DNA from: Desulfovibrionaceae bacterium
GTDB lineage: Bacteria; Desulfobacterota; Desulfovibrionia; Desulfovibrionales; Desulfovibrionaceae
Length of the DNA: 58,652 nt
Assembly: GCA_017455745.1 (NCBI GenBank)
Contig: JAFSZE010000015.1
Span: 1 to 58,652, forward strand
Reading direction: 5' to 3'
The notes under the pieces are model-generated. The model was given only the letters and a program-made list of their open reading frames with translations, did no database searches and was not told the DNA's origin. The first letter of the stretch is position 1; every line of letters starts with the position of its first letter. Positions 1-10,485 of the stretch are shown piece after piece. The translations under genes were made by a program, and so were the position numbers.

Positions 1-290
1 GAAAAGTATGGATGCTGAAATGAAAAGTATGGATGCTGAAATGAAAAGTATGGATGCTGAAATGAAAAGTATGGATGCTGAAATGAAAAGTATGGATGAT
101 GAAATGAAAAGTATGGTTGATGAAATGAAAAGTATGTATGATGAAATAAAAAGTGGGGTTGACGAAATAGGGATTAGGGCTGACGAAATAGGGATTAGGG
201 TTGACGAAATAGGGATTAGGTCTGATGAAATAAGGATTAGGTCTGACGAAATAAGGAGTAGGGTTGACGAAATAAATATGTTGACAAATA
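1..290 (+). repeat. 21-bp tandem repeat (about 13 units, e.g. atggatgctgaaatgaaaagt), identical at the 5' side and diverging 3'
   Basis: Directly visible; encodes heptads MDAEMKS x4 grading into RxDEIxx. Confidence 0.95.
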
Positions 291-301
291 AGTTAAAGTA
301 G
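2..301 (+). CDS. 5'-partial heptad-repeat coiled-coil protein
   Basis: Frame is open to the window edge; its end (DEINMLTNKLK) is homologous to the small ORF at 657..821. Confidence 0.55.
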   Translation, partial: KSMDAEMKSMDAEMKSMDAEMKSMDAEMKSMDDEMKSMVDEMKSMYDEIKSGVDEIGIRADEIGIRVDEIGIRSDEIRIRSDEIRSRVDEINMLTNKLK

Positions 302-1800
302 ATGGGTGTGTATCAAAAATATTTGGCACGATTTAAAAAATATATTTTTCGACTGATGTGTTTTCTTTAATTCCACCTGGATTCAAAATACACGAATGTA
401 TGATGTGTATATATTGTATCTATTGTTGATAAATTATTGTCAAATATGCTTCGTTAAGTTATTATATACCGATTTAAACAAATTTGATCTGGATAACTAA
501 TTGGATATTCCTGAAAGTGTTAGCACTATATCATGTTTTATATTGATATAGTGCTATTTTTTAATAATTTGCGAGTTACAATTTTTTTCTTTTTCTAGTT
601 ATAGCATACCGTATATTGACAGAATCTTTAAATCATTTAAGGTGTGTATTGAAAATATGTACGAGTATGTTGATGCACTTGCAAGAGATCGTGCGAAAAA
701 TATAATCGCAGAACTCAAAAACCAACTAAAAAATAAGGATGATAAAATAAGGAGTAGTGATAATGAAATAACCATGTTAAGAAATAAGTTAAAGGATCTG
801 GTGTGTATTAAAAATATTTAACTTGATCTAGAAAATATATTTTTTTGACTGATGTATTTTTCTTTAATTCAATCTAGATAACAAACTACAATGTCGAGTA
901 TACACATATTATATCTATTGCAAATAAAGCGTTAATAAGCATATTTTTTTAAGTTGTTATATATTAATTAAAATAAATTCAATCCGTGCCATGTATAACT
1001 AATTGTATACAACTGAAGTTATTAGCACAATATAATGTTTTCTATTGATATATTACTATTTTTAAATGTATTTGTTAATTATCTCTTTTGACTTTATACT
1101 ATAAAATATCAGATATTGACAAAACATTTAAATTATTCAAATGGCTTATTAAAATATTTACCAGTATGCTAATACATTTTTAAGAGATGATATAAAAAAA
1201 TATAATTAAAAAATTTAAAAGCTAACTAGCTGGATTAAAATTATCAATAAGAAGTAAGTATAATGAAATAAATAGTATGGATGATGAAATAACCTAGTTG
1301 AGAAATAAGTTAAAGGATGTAGCGGTGTATTAAAAATATTGTACATGATTTAGCAAATATATTTTCGCGTGTGACATTTTATTGAATTTAATCTAGAGCC
1401 CAAACACACAAATGTACAATGTGCATATCTTGAATCTATTACTGATAAATTGTTAATGAACATACTCCTTTAGGTTATTATATATCGCATTAAATAAATT
1501 TAACCTGCATAACTAATTGTATATAACGGAAACTGTTAGCACTATATCATATTTTATATCGATATAGTGCTATTTTAAATATATTTCCGAATTATGATTT
1601 CTTGCCTTTCTTTCCATAGTATATCGATATTAATAAAGTATCTAAATCATTCAACGATTGTATTAAAAACAGGTACTAGTATGCTAATAAACTTTCAAGA
1701 GAATATGGTAAAATTATAATCACAACACTCAAACATGATAATATTAGACTCAAACAGAAAATTTTGTATCTTAATGAAGAAATTTTTAAATTAAAATTAA
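269..1800 (+). repeat. Three diverged tandem copies of a ~500-520-bp unit (starts about 269, 765, 1286)
   Basis: Collinear shared blocks: aaataagttaaag...gtgtat.aaaaatatt, ataactaattg.ata, ttagcac.atat, gtatg.t.at...caagaga. Confidence 0.9.
657..821 (+). CDS. Small 54-aa coiled-coil ORF (MYEYVDALARDRAKNIIAELKNQLKNKDDKIRSSDNEITMLRNKLKDLVCIKNI)
   Basis: Translated by hand; TTGACA at 616-621 upstream; equivalents in later repeat copies are disrupted. Confidence 0.4.
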   Translation: MYEYVDALARDRAKNIIAELKNQLKNKDDKIRSSDNEITMLRNKLKDLVCIKNI

Positions 1801-2722
1801 AAATATATACAATAAAAAAATCGGGTTGAGAGATAGATAAGAGATGTTAATAAAATCAATAGAGTACGATATAAATTTTATTGATATTTTTTTATACGAT
1901 ATATTTCCTGTAACATTATCTATATTCTAGATACATGAAAGTAGAATATGTAGTTCTATTTACGGTTAATAAAGTAATGATAAATGCATTTACTAATATA
2001 GTACATGGAATTAATTCTACTCTTTCAAGAAGGAAAGTTTAAGGGAAAACCATTGTGCCTGCTTAAGTCATATCTGCCGTGACTCCTACTAACATTTCGG
2101 GCTTGATTTTCTAGGCCTGCCTTTTTTGTATTTAGCGAGTGCGTGGGCAGCCTGCTTCCTTTCCACGACCAATTTTCTAAATCACAGCCTGAATTTCTCT
2201 TAAGTTGGGTATGGTTTGGATAATTTTTCCCTAATGCCGCTGTTTATCCTTAGAAAAATCATTTTTGTTTCTTTTTTACAGAGTAACGTTAAAATAATTT
2301 CAAACAACTATTTTTTATTGCCAACTTTTGATCATGGAAACCTCTATTTACCAAAAAGAGGTACATACACTGCGCCATAAACAAAAGAAATGTTAGAATA
2401 TCTTGCGAAAAAATTGCTTCTGTTCTACAATTTATAGCAAAATTCTTTCTTAGCCAAAAAGTGTTCTCTTTGGCTCCACAGCGCAAGGCTGCTTTTAGGG
2501 CGCAATTTTGGCCCCAGGATAGCTATTTTTGCGTCTTTTTAGTCAGGCTTTTAAGGTTAGGCTAAAAGTACGCCTCAAAAATGCTGCCTTGCTAGTTTAA
2601 GCATTGGCTATTTCTGGAATCACAGTTGCTTTTTGGTCTAACAGGCTTTCGCGTGCGGTTGGTAAGGTTGGCTTAGCTTCCTGGCCAATGTAAGGCGAAA
2701 TGCCATAAAACACGGGGCGTCT

Positions 2723-5700
2723 ATGACATCGATTTTGTCTTTGGCCGGCCTCTTGGTTCTTTTCGGTTGCGCATTGATGCTTTTTGCCACAGCAAAGGCT
2801 GTGCAACACCGGAAAAACCCACGCTGTCTCATTATTTGGGGCGCGTTGCATGATGCCGGTATCCTCCTCATGGCCATATTTACTCAGACCGCTCTGGGTA
2901 CAACTGGTGCCTGGCTCTTTGTCATGTATCAGCTGGCTGCGCGTCTTTTGGCCTGGTTCGGCCTATCAGCACTAGATGGCGAGAAAAAAGAATTTTCTCA
3001 GCTTAAAGGTGTTGGTCGTATCAAACCTTACTCAGGCGCATTGTATGCCTTGGGTATGTTGGCAGCCGTGGGCGGCTCACCATTCCTCTTGCCTGAAGGT
3101 CGTGCGTTCATCGTCGATGGCCTTTTGGACTCCATGGGTGGTGTTGGTTTAGGTGCTGTAATCCTTATGGCTGCGGCCACCACAGCTTTCATCTGGCTCC
3201 ATGTGGATGCTGTACGGCAGATCTGGCTTGATGGTGACGAAGATTGCCCGGTTAGCAAAAGTTTTACTCAAGACTGTCATATTTTGCCGATTATCTTAGG
3301 TGTAGTTGTAGCTTGTTTTGGTATTTTTAGGGTTGCTTTAACAGGTTATGTTGCTCCTCAAGATCTAGTGGCCCATGGCGCTTGCCCCCATGTTGCTTAC
3401 TGCATCTTCTATATTGGCGCTTTTATTACCGGTATTGCTTATCTCTTACGCATCTCCTTTGCCGGTTATCTTGGAGTTGTGACCTCAGCTTTAGCGCTTT
3501 TGGCCGTCCTTATTTGGCCAGCACAAGCTTTGGGTCAGCTCTTCTTAGTGATGATTTCAGTTATCGCCCTTGTTGTTAGCATCTATTCCGTTGGTTACAT
3601 CCATGAGCGCAAGGGTTGGTATTGGTTCTTCTTACTCTTAACCTTTGCCTCACTTGCTGGCATCGTTTCCACTGAAGATGCTGGTTCCATGTATGGCTAC
3701 TGGGAGTTGATGACCTTTGCATCGTACTTCTTAGTTGTGCATGAATTGAAACAAACCGCTTTTGATGCTGGTTTGAAATATTATGTGATGTGTGCTGGTG
3801 GCGCCCTCTTTATGCTGCCAGGACTTTATTTCTTGGCCCAGCCGGGCGAAATGACAGCTATTGTCCAAGCTCCTTGGGTCTTTAAAGTTGCTGCCTTCTT
3901 GTGTTTAGTGGGCTTTGGCGTCAAAGCCGGTCTTGTGCCTCTGCACTCCTGGTTGCCGGATGCTCACCCAGCCGCTCCATCATCGGTTTCCGGTCCTTTG
4001 TCTGGTATTATCACCAAGATGGGCTTCTTTGGATTTTTAAGCATCGTCTTGATCGGAGCCGGACAAGCCTCAAGCAACGTTCATGGTCTCTTTGGCATGA
4101 GTTGGTTTGGTACAGGTCTTTGCGCCATGGGCGTAGCTACGCTTATTTATGGCGAGATCATGGCTTTGATCCAAACCGATATCAAACGTATGTTGGCCTA
4201 CTCAACCTTGGGTCAGGTGGGCGAAATCGCTCTGGTTTTAGGCTTAGGTACATGGTTGGCTACAACTGGTGCCCTTTGGCATATGTTGAACCATGCCATC
4301 ATGAAGGACTTGCTCTTCCTTTCCGCCGGTGCCTTGATTTTGCGTGCCGGCAGCAGACAGCTTTCCGATCTTAGGGGCATCGGTCAACTGATGCCGTGGA
4401 CCGCCGCATGTATGGCTGTGGGTCTTGTCAGCATCATGGGCTTGCCGCCGTTTGGCGCCTTCTACAGCAAGCTTTTGATGATCCAAGCCGCCATTGATGC
4501 TGGCCATATGGGCTTAGCCATCTTGATCTTCACCGGCTCATTGGTTGGAGCCATTTACTATACACGCATCTTAAAGACCGTTGTATTTGAAAAAAGACCC
4601 AGTAATCTGCCACCTGTGGCTGAGGCGCCCTTAACCATGCGTATTGCCATGGCCGTTTTGGCTGTGCTTTCGCTCTTGATGGCCTTAGTGCCCCAGGCGC
4701 CCATGTATCTCGTTTCCAATGTGGCCACCATGTGCTTTGGCCATACACCTGTTGATAGCACCATCATGGCTAGCTTAAGTGTGCCGTGGCCCATCTATGT
4801 TATTGTGCCTGTGTTTGGTGCGATTCTTCCGGCCTTCTTTGCCAAGGATAGAGTTAAGGCAGGCCACACCAGTATCGCTGTACTTCTTTTAACAGCCCTT
4901 TTAGTCGTTATTTTTGGCCGCAATCTTGATATGCTCTCCTTCTGCTTTGCCCTTATTGTGCCCGTCATTGGTGCTGTCAATATGGCTTATGCTGTGGGTT
5001 ACATGGAGCATAGTCACACGCAGTGGCGTTTCTATTCAGCCTTTACATGTATGTGCGGTGGCTTAGTCGGTATGGCTGCTAGCCAATATCTGCTTAGCTT
5101 CTTCTTGTTCTGGGAAATCATGAGTTCATGGTGCTTGTATATGGCCTTAGCCCATGAGGGTGACAATCTCTCCATGCGGGAAGCCTTCAAGTACTTCATG
5201 TTCAATATGGCCGGTGCAGGATTCCTTTTCTTGGCAGTCTGCGTCATTGGCCCCTTCGCCCCATTCAATATCAGTCTCTTGACCAAGGGCATTGTACCCA
5301 ATATCAGTCACGGTGCCTTTATTGGTATGGCACTTTTGGCCATCGGTTTTGTCATGAAGGCTGCGCAGCTGCCCTTCCGTATTGATTGGCAAATGCACCC
5401 AGCTGTGGCACCTACCCCTGTGTCAGGTTTCATCTCATCGGTCTTACTTAAGAGTGCCCTCTTTGGTTTGATTAAGCTCTTCATGCTCCTTGGCGGCGGC
5501 TTTATGTTGGCCGGTCTGCTTGGTACAACTGAGCGTGAGGTCTTAAATGTTATTGTGATGTGGATCGGTGCCATTACGATCATCATGGCAGCCGTTAAGG
5601 CCATGATGACCAACGGCTTGAAACTCATGTTTATCTATTCAACCGTTAGCCAATTAGGCTATATGGTTTTGGCCGTTGGTGCTGGCACAGCCTTAGGCTA

Positions 5701-6433
5701 TGCTGGTGGTATGCTCCACATTGTCAACCATGTCTTCTTCAAGGATCTGCTCTTCTTGATCTGCGGCGCTGTGATGTTCACAACTCACCGTGAGACCTTG
5801 GAAGAGTTGGGCGGCATTGGTCGCAAAATGCCCTTCACCTTGGCCATGTTTGCCATCGCAGGCTTATCAGTTGTCGGTGTGCCGCCAACTAGTGGTTTCT
5901 CCTCCAAGTGGTTGATCTACCATGCCTTAATGCAGGCTGGCCAACCCTTCTTGGCTTTATTGTCCCTTGTGGGTAGCGTTTTAACCTTAGCCTATATTGC
6001 CAAGTTTATGCATGCGGCCTTCTTAGGTCAGCCTGCACAAGATTTGGATCACGTGCATGAAGCACCCTTAGTTATGCGTGTGCCCATGGGCATCTTGGGT
6101 GTGGGCTGCTTAGTCACAGGTATCTTCCCAGGCTTAGTGCTAGCTCCCATCAATACCATTTTAGGCGAATATGGTGCTCAAAAGCTCGACGTGGGTCTCT
6201 CAGGTGTGCTTTCTGGCCCAGGTACCTGGAATGCTACCGGTATGTTCATCATGATGGCTATTGCCTTCTTTGCCGGCAGATATTTCGTGCGCCGCTTTAC
6301 GCATCTGCGTGAAATCGATGTCTACACTTGCGGTGTGCCCGTGAGTCAGGCTACAACCCGCATGAATCCCTCAAGTATCTTTGGCGCACTGAAGGATCTG
6401 GTTCTCTCCTTAGCTTCCAAGGAGGCGCGTTAA
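2723..6433 (+). CDS. cooM: Coo-type hydrogenase large membrane subunit (tandem NuoL/MrpD-like antiporter modules)
   Basis: 1236-aa polytopic protein; PLHSWLPDAHPAAP, KRMLAYST and WEIMS motifs; first gene of the canonical Desulfovibrio coo order. Confidence 0.9.
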   Translation: MTSILSLAGLLVLFGCALMLFATAKAVQHRKNPRCLIIWGALHDAGILLMAIFTQTALGTTGAWLFVMYQLAARLLAWFGLSALDGEKKEFSQLKGVGRIKPYSGALYALGMLAAVGGSPFLLPEGRAFIVDGLLDSMGGVGLGAVILMAAATTAFIWLHVDAVRQIWLDGDEDCPVSKSFTQDCHILPIILGVVVACFGIFRVALTGYVAPQDLVAHGACPHVAYCIFYIGAFITGIAYLLRISFAGYLGVVTSALALLAVLIWPAQALGQLFLVMISVIALVVSIYSVGYIHERKGWYWFFLLLTFASLAGIVSTEDAGSMYGYWELMTFASYFLVVHELKQTAFDAGLKYYVMCAGGALFMLPGLYFLAQPGEMTAIVQAPWVFKVAAFLCLVGFGVKAGLVPLHSWLPDAHPAAPSSVSGPLSGIITKMGFFGFLSIVLIGAGQASSNVHGLFGMSWFGTGLCAMGVATLIYGEIMALIQTDIKRMLAYSTLGQVGEIALVLGLGTWLATTGALWHMLNHAIMKDLLFLSAGALILRAGSRQLSDLRGIGQLMPWTAACMAVGLVSIMGLPPFGAFYSKLLMIQAAIDAGHMGLAILIFTGSLVGAIYYTRILKTVVFEKRPSNLPPVAEAPLTMRIAMAVLAVLSLLMALVPQAPMYLVSNVATMCFGHTPVDSTIMASLSVPWPIYVIVPVFGAILPAFFAKDRVKAGHTSIAVLLLTALLVVIFGRNLDMLSFCFALIVPVIGAVNMAYAVGYMEHSHTQWRFYSAFTCMCGGLVGMAASQYLLSFFLFWEIMSSWCLYMALAHEGDNLSMREAFKYFMFNMAGAGFLFLAVCVIGPFAPFNISLLTKGIVPNISHGAFIGMALLAIGFVMKAAQLPFRIDWQMHPAVAPTPVSGFISSVLLKSALFGLIKLFMLLGGGFMLAGLLGTTEREVLNVIVMWIGAITIIMAAVKAMMTNGLKLMFIYSTVSQLGYMVLAVGAGTALGYAGGMLHIVNHVFFKDLLFLICGAVMFTTHRETLEELGGIGRKMPFTLAMFAIAGLSVVGVPPTSGFSSKWLIYHALMQAGQPFLALLSLVGSVLTLAYIAKFMHAAFLGQPAQDLDHVHEAPLVMRVPMGILGVGCLVTGIFPGLVLAPINTILGEYGAQKLDVGLSGVLSGPGTWNATGMFIMMAIAFFAGRYFVRRFTHLREIDVYTCGVPVSQATTRMNPSSIFGALKDLVLSLASKEAR

Positions 6434-7401
6434 TGGATACGCTACTTGGCATTTTACATATGTGCATTTTCCCAGGCGGCATCTTCGCCTTGATCATTGG
6501 CTTTTTCTTTAAAGGCTTGGATCGCCGGGTTGAAGCTAGACTCCAGCGCCGCGTGGGTCCGCCATTGGTTCAGCCCTGGCTTGATACGGCTAAACTTTTG
6601 ACCAAAGAGACGTTGATCCCCAATACCGCCTGCAAAGAGGCGTTTTTGATGGCCCCGGTAGTTGGATTTGCCGGAATGGCCGTGTGTGCAGCGTTTATCC
6701 CTGTGCCAGGTGTGTTTGATGGCCTCTATAATATGGGCGACCTCTTGGTGCTCTTTTATCTCTTGCCCATCCCAGCCATCGCTATGATGATGGGCGGTTC
6801 AGCTTCAAGTTCACCTTTTGGTGCCGTAGGATTTTCGCGTGAGATGATCATCATGCTAGCCTATGAAACCCCGCTTTTAATGATCCTCTTGTCAGTAGCT
6901 ATGCTTATTGGCAAGGCTTTAAATGGCGGCGACTGGGGTGCTGAATTTTCACTCTTAAAGATCGTTGAATGGCAGCAGGCCAATGGATCTTTGGGTCTAA
7001 ATCCCATTATGATTCCAGCCTTTTTAGCCTACTTGATCTTTTTGCCTGGCACCATGGGCGTTCCACCCTTTGATATTCCTGAAGCCGAAACCGAAGTGGT
7101 TGAAGGTCCCCTGCTTGAGTATGGTGGCCCCTTATTGGCCCTCTTCCATGTGGGTTCAGCCTTAAAGACCTTCGTGGTCTTAGGTTTGGGCGTGGCCATG
7201 TTCTTCCCTGGAACAATCGCCGATTCTTGGATCTTAAATCTCTTATGGTTCTTGTTTAAGTGCTTGGTTTTGATGTTAGTCTCGCTAACTGTGGTTAAGT
7301 CAGCCACCGGTCGTTACCGTATAGATCAAGCCTTCCGCTTTTTTGTCTTAGTGCCAACTATGCTGGCTTTGTGCAGTCTGTTGCTGGTTTGGTTGATCTA
7401 A
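6433..7401 (+). CDS. cooK: Coo hydrogenase membrane subunit (NuoH/HycD family)
   Basis: ARLQRRVGPP and PFDIPEAETE motifs; ATG 6433 overlaps the cooM stop with GGAGG upstream (ORF track begins at 6328). Confidence 0.9.
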   Translation: MDTLLGILHMCIFPGGIFALIIGFFFKGLDRRVEARLQRRVGPPLVQPWLDTAKLLTKETLIPNTACKEAFLMAPVVGFAGMAVCAAFIPVPGVFDGLYNMGDLLVLFYLLPIPAIAMMMGGSASSSPFGAVGFSREMIIMLAYETPLLMILLSVAMLIGKALNGGDWGAEFSLLKIVEWQQANGSLGLNPIMIPAFLAYLIFLPGTMGVPPFDIPEAETEVVEGPLLEYGGPLLALFHVGSALKTFVVLGLGVAMFFPGTIADSWILNLLWFLFKCLVLMLVSLTVVKSATGRYRIDQAFRFFVLVPTMLALCSLLLVWLI

Positions 7402-7411
7402 GGAGGCAAGA

Positions 7412-7861
7412 ATGGATTTTGACAAATTGCTCAAAAAAAACTCGGTGCGTTCTCCTTGGTTGTTTAGGATCAACGCTGGCTCCTGCAATGGCTGCGATGT
7501 GGAGTTAGCCACCACAGCCCTCATTCCTAGATATGACGTTGAGCGTTTAGGTTGCCGTTATTGTGGCAGCCCACGCCATGCCGATATCGTTTTGATTACA
7601 GGGCCCTTGACGGCTAGAATCCACGACCAAGTGTTACGCGTCTGGAATGAAATTCCTGAACCCAAAGTCACGGTAGCCGTGGGTATTTGTCCCATTTCAG
7701 GTGGAGTGTTTAGGGAAGGCTATTCCATAACCGGTCCTCTCGACAAATATATTCCCGTGGATGTCAATGTTCCAGGGTGTCCGCCAAGACCGCAGGCAAT
7801 TTTAGAGGCTGTGGCCTTGGGTCTTAAGATCTGGAAGCAAAAATTGGGTCTGGAGGCATAA
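7412..7861 (+). CDS. cooL: Hydrogenase small subunit (NuoB-like)
   Basis: GSCNGCDVE, SPRHAD, GICPISGG, PGCPPRP. Confidence 0.92.
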   Translation: MDFDKLLKKNSVRSPWLFRINAGSCNGCDVELATTALIPRYDVERLGCRYCGSPRHADIVLITGPLTARIHDQVLRVWNEIPEPKVTVAVGICPISGGVFREGYSITGPLDKYIPVDVNVPGCPPRPQAILEAVALGLKIWKQKLGLEA

Positions 7862-7862
7862 G

Positions 7863-8426
7863 ATGGCGGCCTTTTTAAAAGTTTTGTTTCGCAACCTGCT
7901 TGAAGGCCCAAGCACCGATCCTTTCCCCCTGGCACCCACCAAGATGGAGCCTGAGCGTTTACGGGGTCGCGTCGTTGTGGATGAGAAGTTGTGCATGGGG
8001 TGTGGCATCTGCAGTCACTACTGTGTGGCTGGTGCCATCAACATCCAACATACCGATGATGGCCACACCATAACCATTTGGCACAACGCTTGTTGTCGTT
8101 GTGCAGCTTGTCGGCAGTATTGCCCGGTAGGCGCCATTTCTCTTATCAAAGATTGGCATTCGGCCCATGAAGAGGCCGACAAATATAAAGTGGTTGAGCA
8201 GAAGGCCATCGCTTATGAGCCTTGCAGCGTTTGCGGCAAGAAGATTAGACCGGTGCCCACACAGATTTTGAAAAAACTCTATGTCAACAATACTGATATT
8301 GATTTAGAGCATGTGCAGCATCTCTGCCCGGCCTGCCGCCAGTTGGAAGATGCTAGACGCAGTGCCGGATTACCGGCAGCTGCTGAAAAAGCTGCCGTTG
8401 AACAAACCACTGATGCTAACGCCTAA
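7863..8426 (+). CDS. cooX: Ferredoxin-like 4Fe-4S subunit (NuoI-like)
   Basis: CMGCGICSHYC and CCRCAACRQYCP clusters; operon position. Confidence 0.88.
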   Translation: MAAFLKVLFRNLLEGPSTDPFPLAPTKMEPERLRGRVVVDEKLCMGCGICSHYCVAGAINIQHTDDGHTITIWHNACCRCAACRQYCPVGAISLIKDWHSAHEEADKYKVVEQKAIAYEPCSVCGKKIRPVPTQILKKLYVNNTDIDLEHVQHLCPACRQLEDARRSAGLPAAAEKAAVEQTTDANA

Positions 8427-8460
8427 TTTGTTCAGGCCTAGAGAAGTCTGAGGATATATT

Positions 8461-8997
8461 ATGCAAGATATAGTCAAGGGCCATCCGCGCTTGATCGATG
8501 CTCTCTCTGCCCTCTGTGCCGGTGAAGAGCAGATTAGGCATACGACGGATTTTTATGGTAATGGTTACCACTGGTTCAAACTGGAGAATTCCAGCCGGAT
8601 CAAAGACGCGGCCAAGATCTTGAAGGGCTTTAGAGCAAGGCTCATTATGATCTCGGCCTATGAAGACAAGCAATTGGAGCAGATTGTTAAAGAGCTCTGC
8701 TACCACTTTGATGTGGAGGGCGTAGTCTACAATCTGACCGTGACCCAGAATGCCGAGTGGCCCATTGTCCCCTCCATTACCCCCGACTTTGCCAATGCCG
8801 ATTGGCATGAACGTGAGATGATGGAACTCTATCAGATCAAGGTGACAGATCATCCCAATCCCAAACGTCTGTTCTTAGATGAAACATTGGATGCTGGCCA
8901 ACTCTCCAAAGCTATTCCTCTATCCATCATGATGAATGGCGCAAGCTCCAAGGATCTTTGGGAACGCATTCTAGAAGGCAAGGAGCACTCAGCATGA
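8461..8997 (+). CDS. cooU: NuoC-like hydrogenase subunit
   Basis: PSITP, ADWHEREM and HPNPKRL motifs. Confidence 0.88.
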   Translation: MQDIVKGHPRLIDALSALCAGEEQIRHTTDFYGNGYHWFKLENSSRIKDAAKILKGFRARLIMISAYEDKQLEQIVKELCYHFDVEGVVYNLTVTQNAEWPIVPSITPDFANADWHEREMMELYQIKVTDHPNPKRLFLDETLDAGQLSKAIPLSIMMNGASSKDLWERILEGKEHSA

Positions 8998-10079
8998 GCA
9001 TAGCCACTTATACGATGCCCCTGGGCCCGGTGCATGTGGCTCTGGAGGAACCAGTCTATTTCAACCTAACGGTTGATGGTGAGAACATTAAGAATGTGGA
9101 GCTAACCTCTGGCCATGTCCATCGCGGCATGGAACAGTTGGCCATGCAGCGCAATCTGGTCAAAAACGTTACTTTGACCGAGCGGGTCTGCTCACTTTGT
9201 TCCAATAGTCACTCTTTCACCTACAGCATGGTTGTGGAAAATGCTCTGCAACTTGAGATCCCAGAGCGGGCCAAATATCTGCGCGTGATGGCTGAAGAGA
9301 TCAAACGTATTGCGTCACATCTCTTTAATACAGCCATTCAGGCCCACATTGCTGGTTTTAAATCCCTCTTTATGCATGTGATGGAAGTGCGCGAGATCAT
9401 GCAAGACGTCAAAGAGACCGTCTATGGCAACCGCATGAACTTGGCCTCCAACTGCATCGGCGGTGTCAAATGTGATGTTGACGCTGAATTGATCGCGTAC
9501 ATCTTAAAACAGCTCGATGTCATTGAGCCGCAGATGCGTGAGATTTTGGACATTTTTGATTCCAACCACATCATGCTCACAAGAACCAAAGGTTTAGGTA
9601 TTTTGCCACCCGAAGAAGCTGAGGCTTTAGGTGTGGTTGGTCCTGTGGCCCGTGGTTCTGGTTTGCGTAAGGATGTGCGTTTTGACTCACCATATGCTGC
9701 CTACCCCAATCTTGATTTTGATCTGATTGTGGAAGATGGTTGTTGCGTACATTCAAGAACCATGGTCAGACTGCGCGAGCTCTTTGAATCGGTCAAATTG
9801 ATCCGTCAGTGCTGCGAACAGATGCCTGAAGGACCTGTACGTACCCATATGGGCAAGATTCCGGTCAATGAGGCTTTTGCCCACACTGAAGCGCCCAGAG
9901 GTGAGGTCGCCTACTACATCAGAACCAATGGCACTGAATTGCCAGCCAGACTGAAGTGGCGTGTGCCCTCTTATATGAATTGGAAGGCCTTAGGCGTGAT
10001 GATGAAAGGTTGTCAGATCGCTGAAGTTGCCCTTGTGCTCAATAGCATTGACCCGTGCGTGTCATGCACTGAACGCTAA
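8994..10079 (+). CDS. cooH: [NiFe]-hydrogenase large subunit, group 4 Coo type
   Basis: ERVCSLC and terminal DPCVSCTER with no C-terminal extension; ATGA overlap with cooU at 8994. Confidence 0.93.
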   Translation: MSIATYTMPLGPVHVALEEPVYFNLTVDGENIKNVELTSGHVHRGMEQLAMQRNLVKNVTLTERVCSLCSNSHSFTYSMVVENALQLEIPERAKYLRVMAEEIKRIASHLFNTAIQAHIAGFKSLFMHVMEVREIMQDVKETVYGNRMNLASNCIGGVKCDVDAELIAYILKQLDVIEPQMREILDIFDSNHIMLTRTKGLGILPPEEAEALGVVGPVARGSGLRKDVRFDSPYAAYPNLDFDLIVEDGCCVHSRTMVRLRELFESVKLIRQCCEQMPEGPVRTHMGKIPVNEAFAHTEAPRGEVAYYIRTNGTELPARLKWRVPSYMNWKALGVMMKGCQIAEVALVLNSIDPCVSCTER

Positions 10080-10106
10080 TAGTTAATCGTTTGGCCAAGA
10101 GTTTAT

Positions 10107-10481
10107 ATGCATGAAGCTAGTTTGGTTGAGGGTTTGCTTAAGCTTGTGCTCTCAACTGTTGATGCCGAAAATAGCAAAGCTTTGCCTGGTAAAAAAATCA
10201 GGCGTATTTGCGAGATCATCTGTGAATTGGGACTTTTTTCGTGTGTCGAAAAACAGACTTTGACTTCCTGTTTTGAGCTCTTGGCCGAAGGCACCCTGGC
10301 TGAGGGAGCGGAATTGACCCTAAAGACTGCCCCATTGAACTGCACCTGTTGTGAGTGCGGGGAAAATTTTACAGTTCAAACCAAGAAATTCCACTGCCCG
10401 GCTTGTGGGAGTGATAACATCCAGTTCGACGGCGGACATGGCCTTGTGCTTTATTCTCTGCGCGTCGACACCGAGGAATAA
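10107..10481 (+). CDS. hypA: Hydrogenase nickel metallochaperone
   Basis: N-terminal MHE; two CxxC zinc motifs. Confidence 0.93.
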   Translation: MHEASLVEGLLKLVLSTVDAENSKALPGKKIRRICEIICELGLFSCVEKQTLTSCFELLAEGTLAEGAELTLKTAPLNCTCCECGENFTVQTKKFHCPACGSDNIQFDGGHGLVLYSLRVDTEE

Positions 10482-10485
10482 AACA

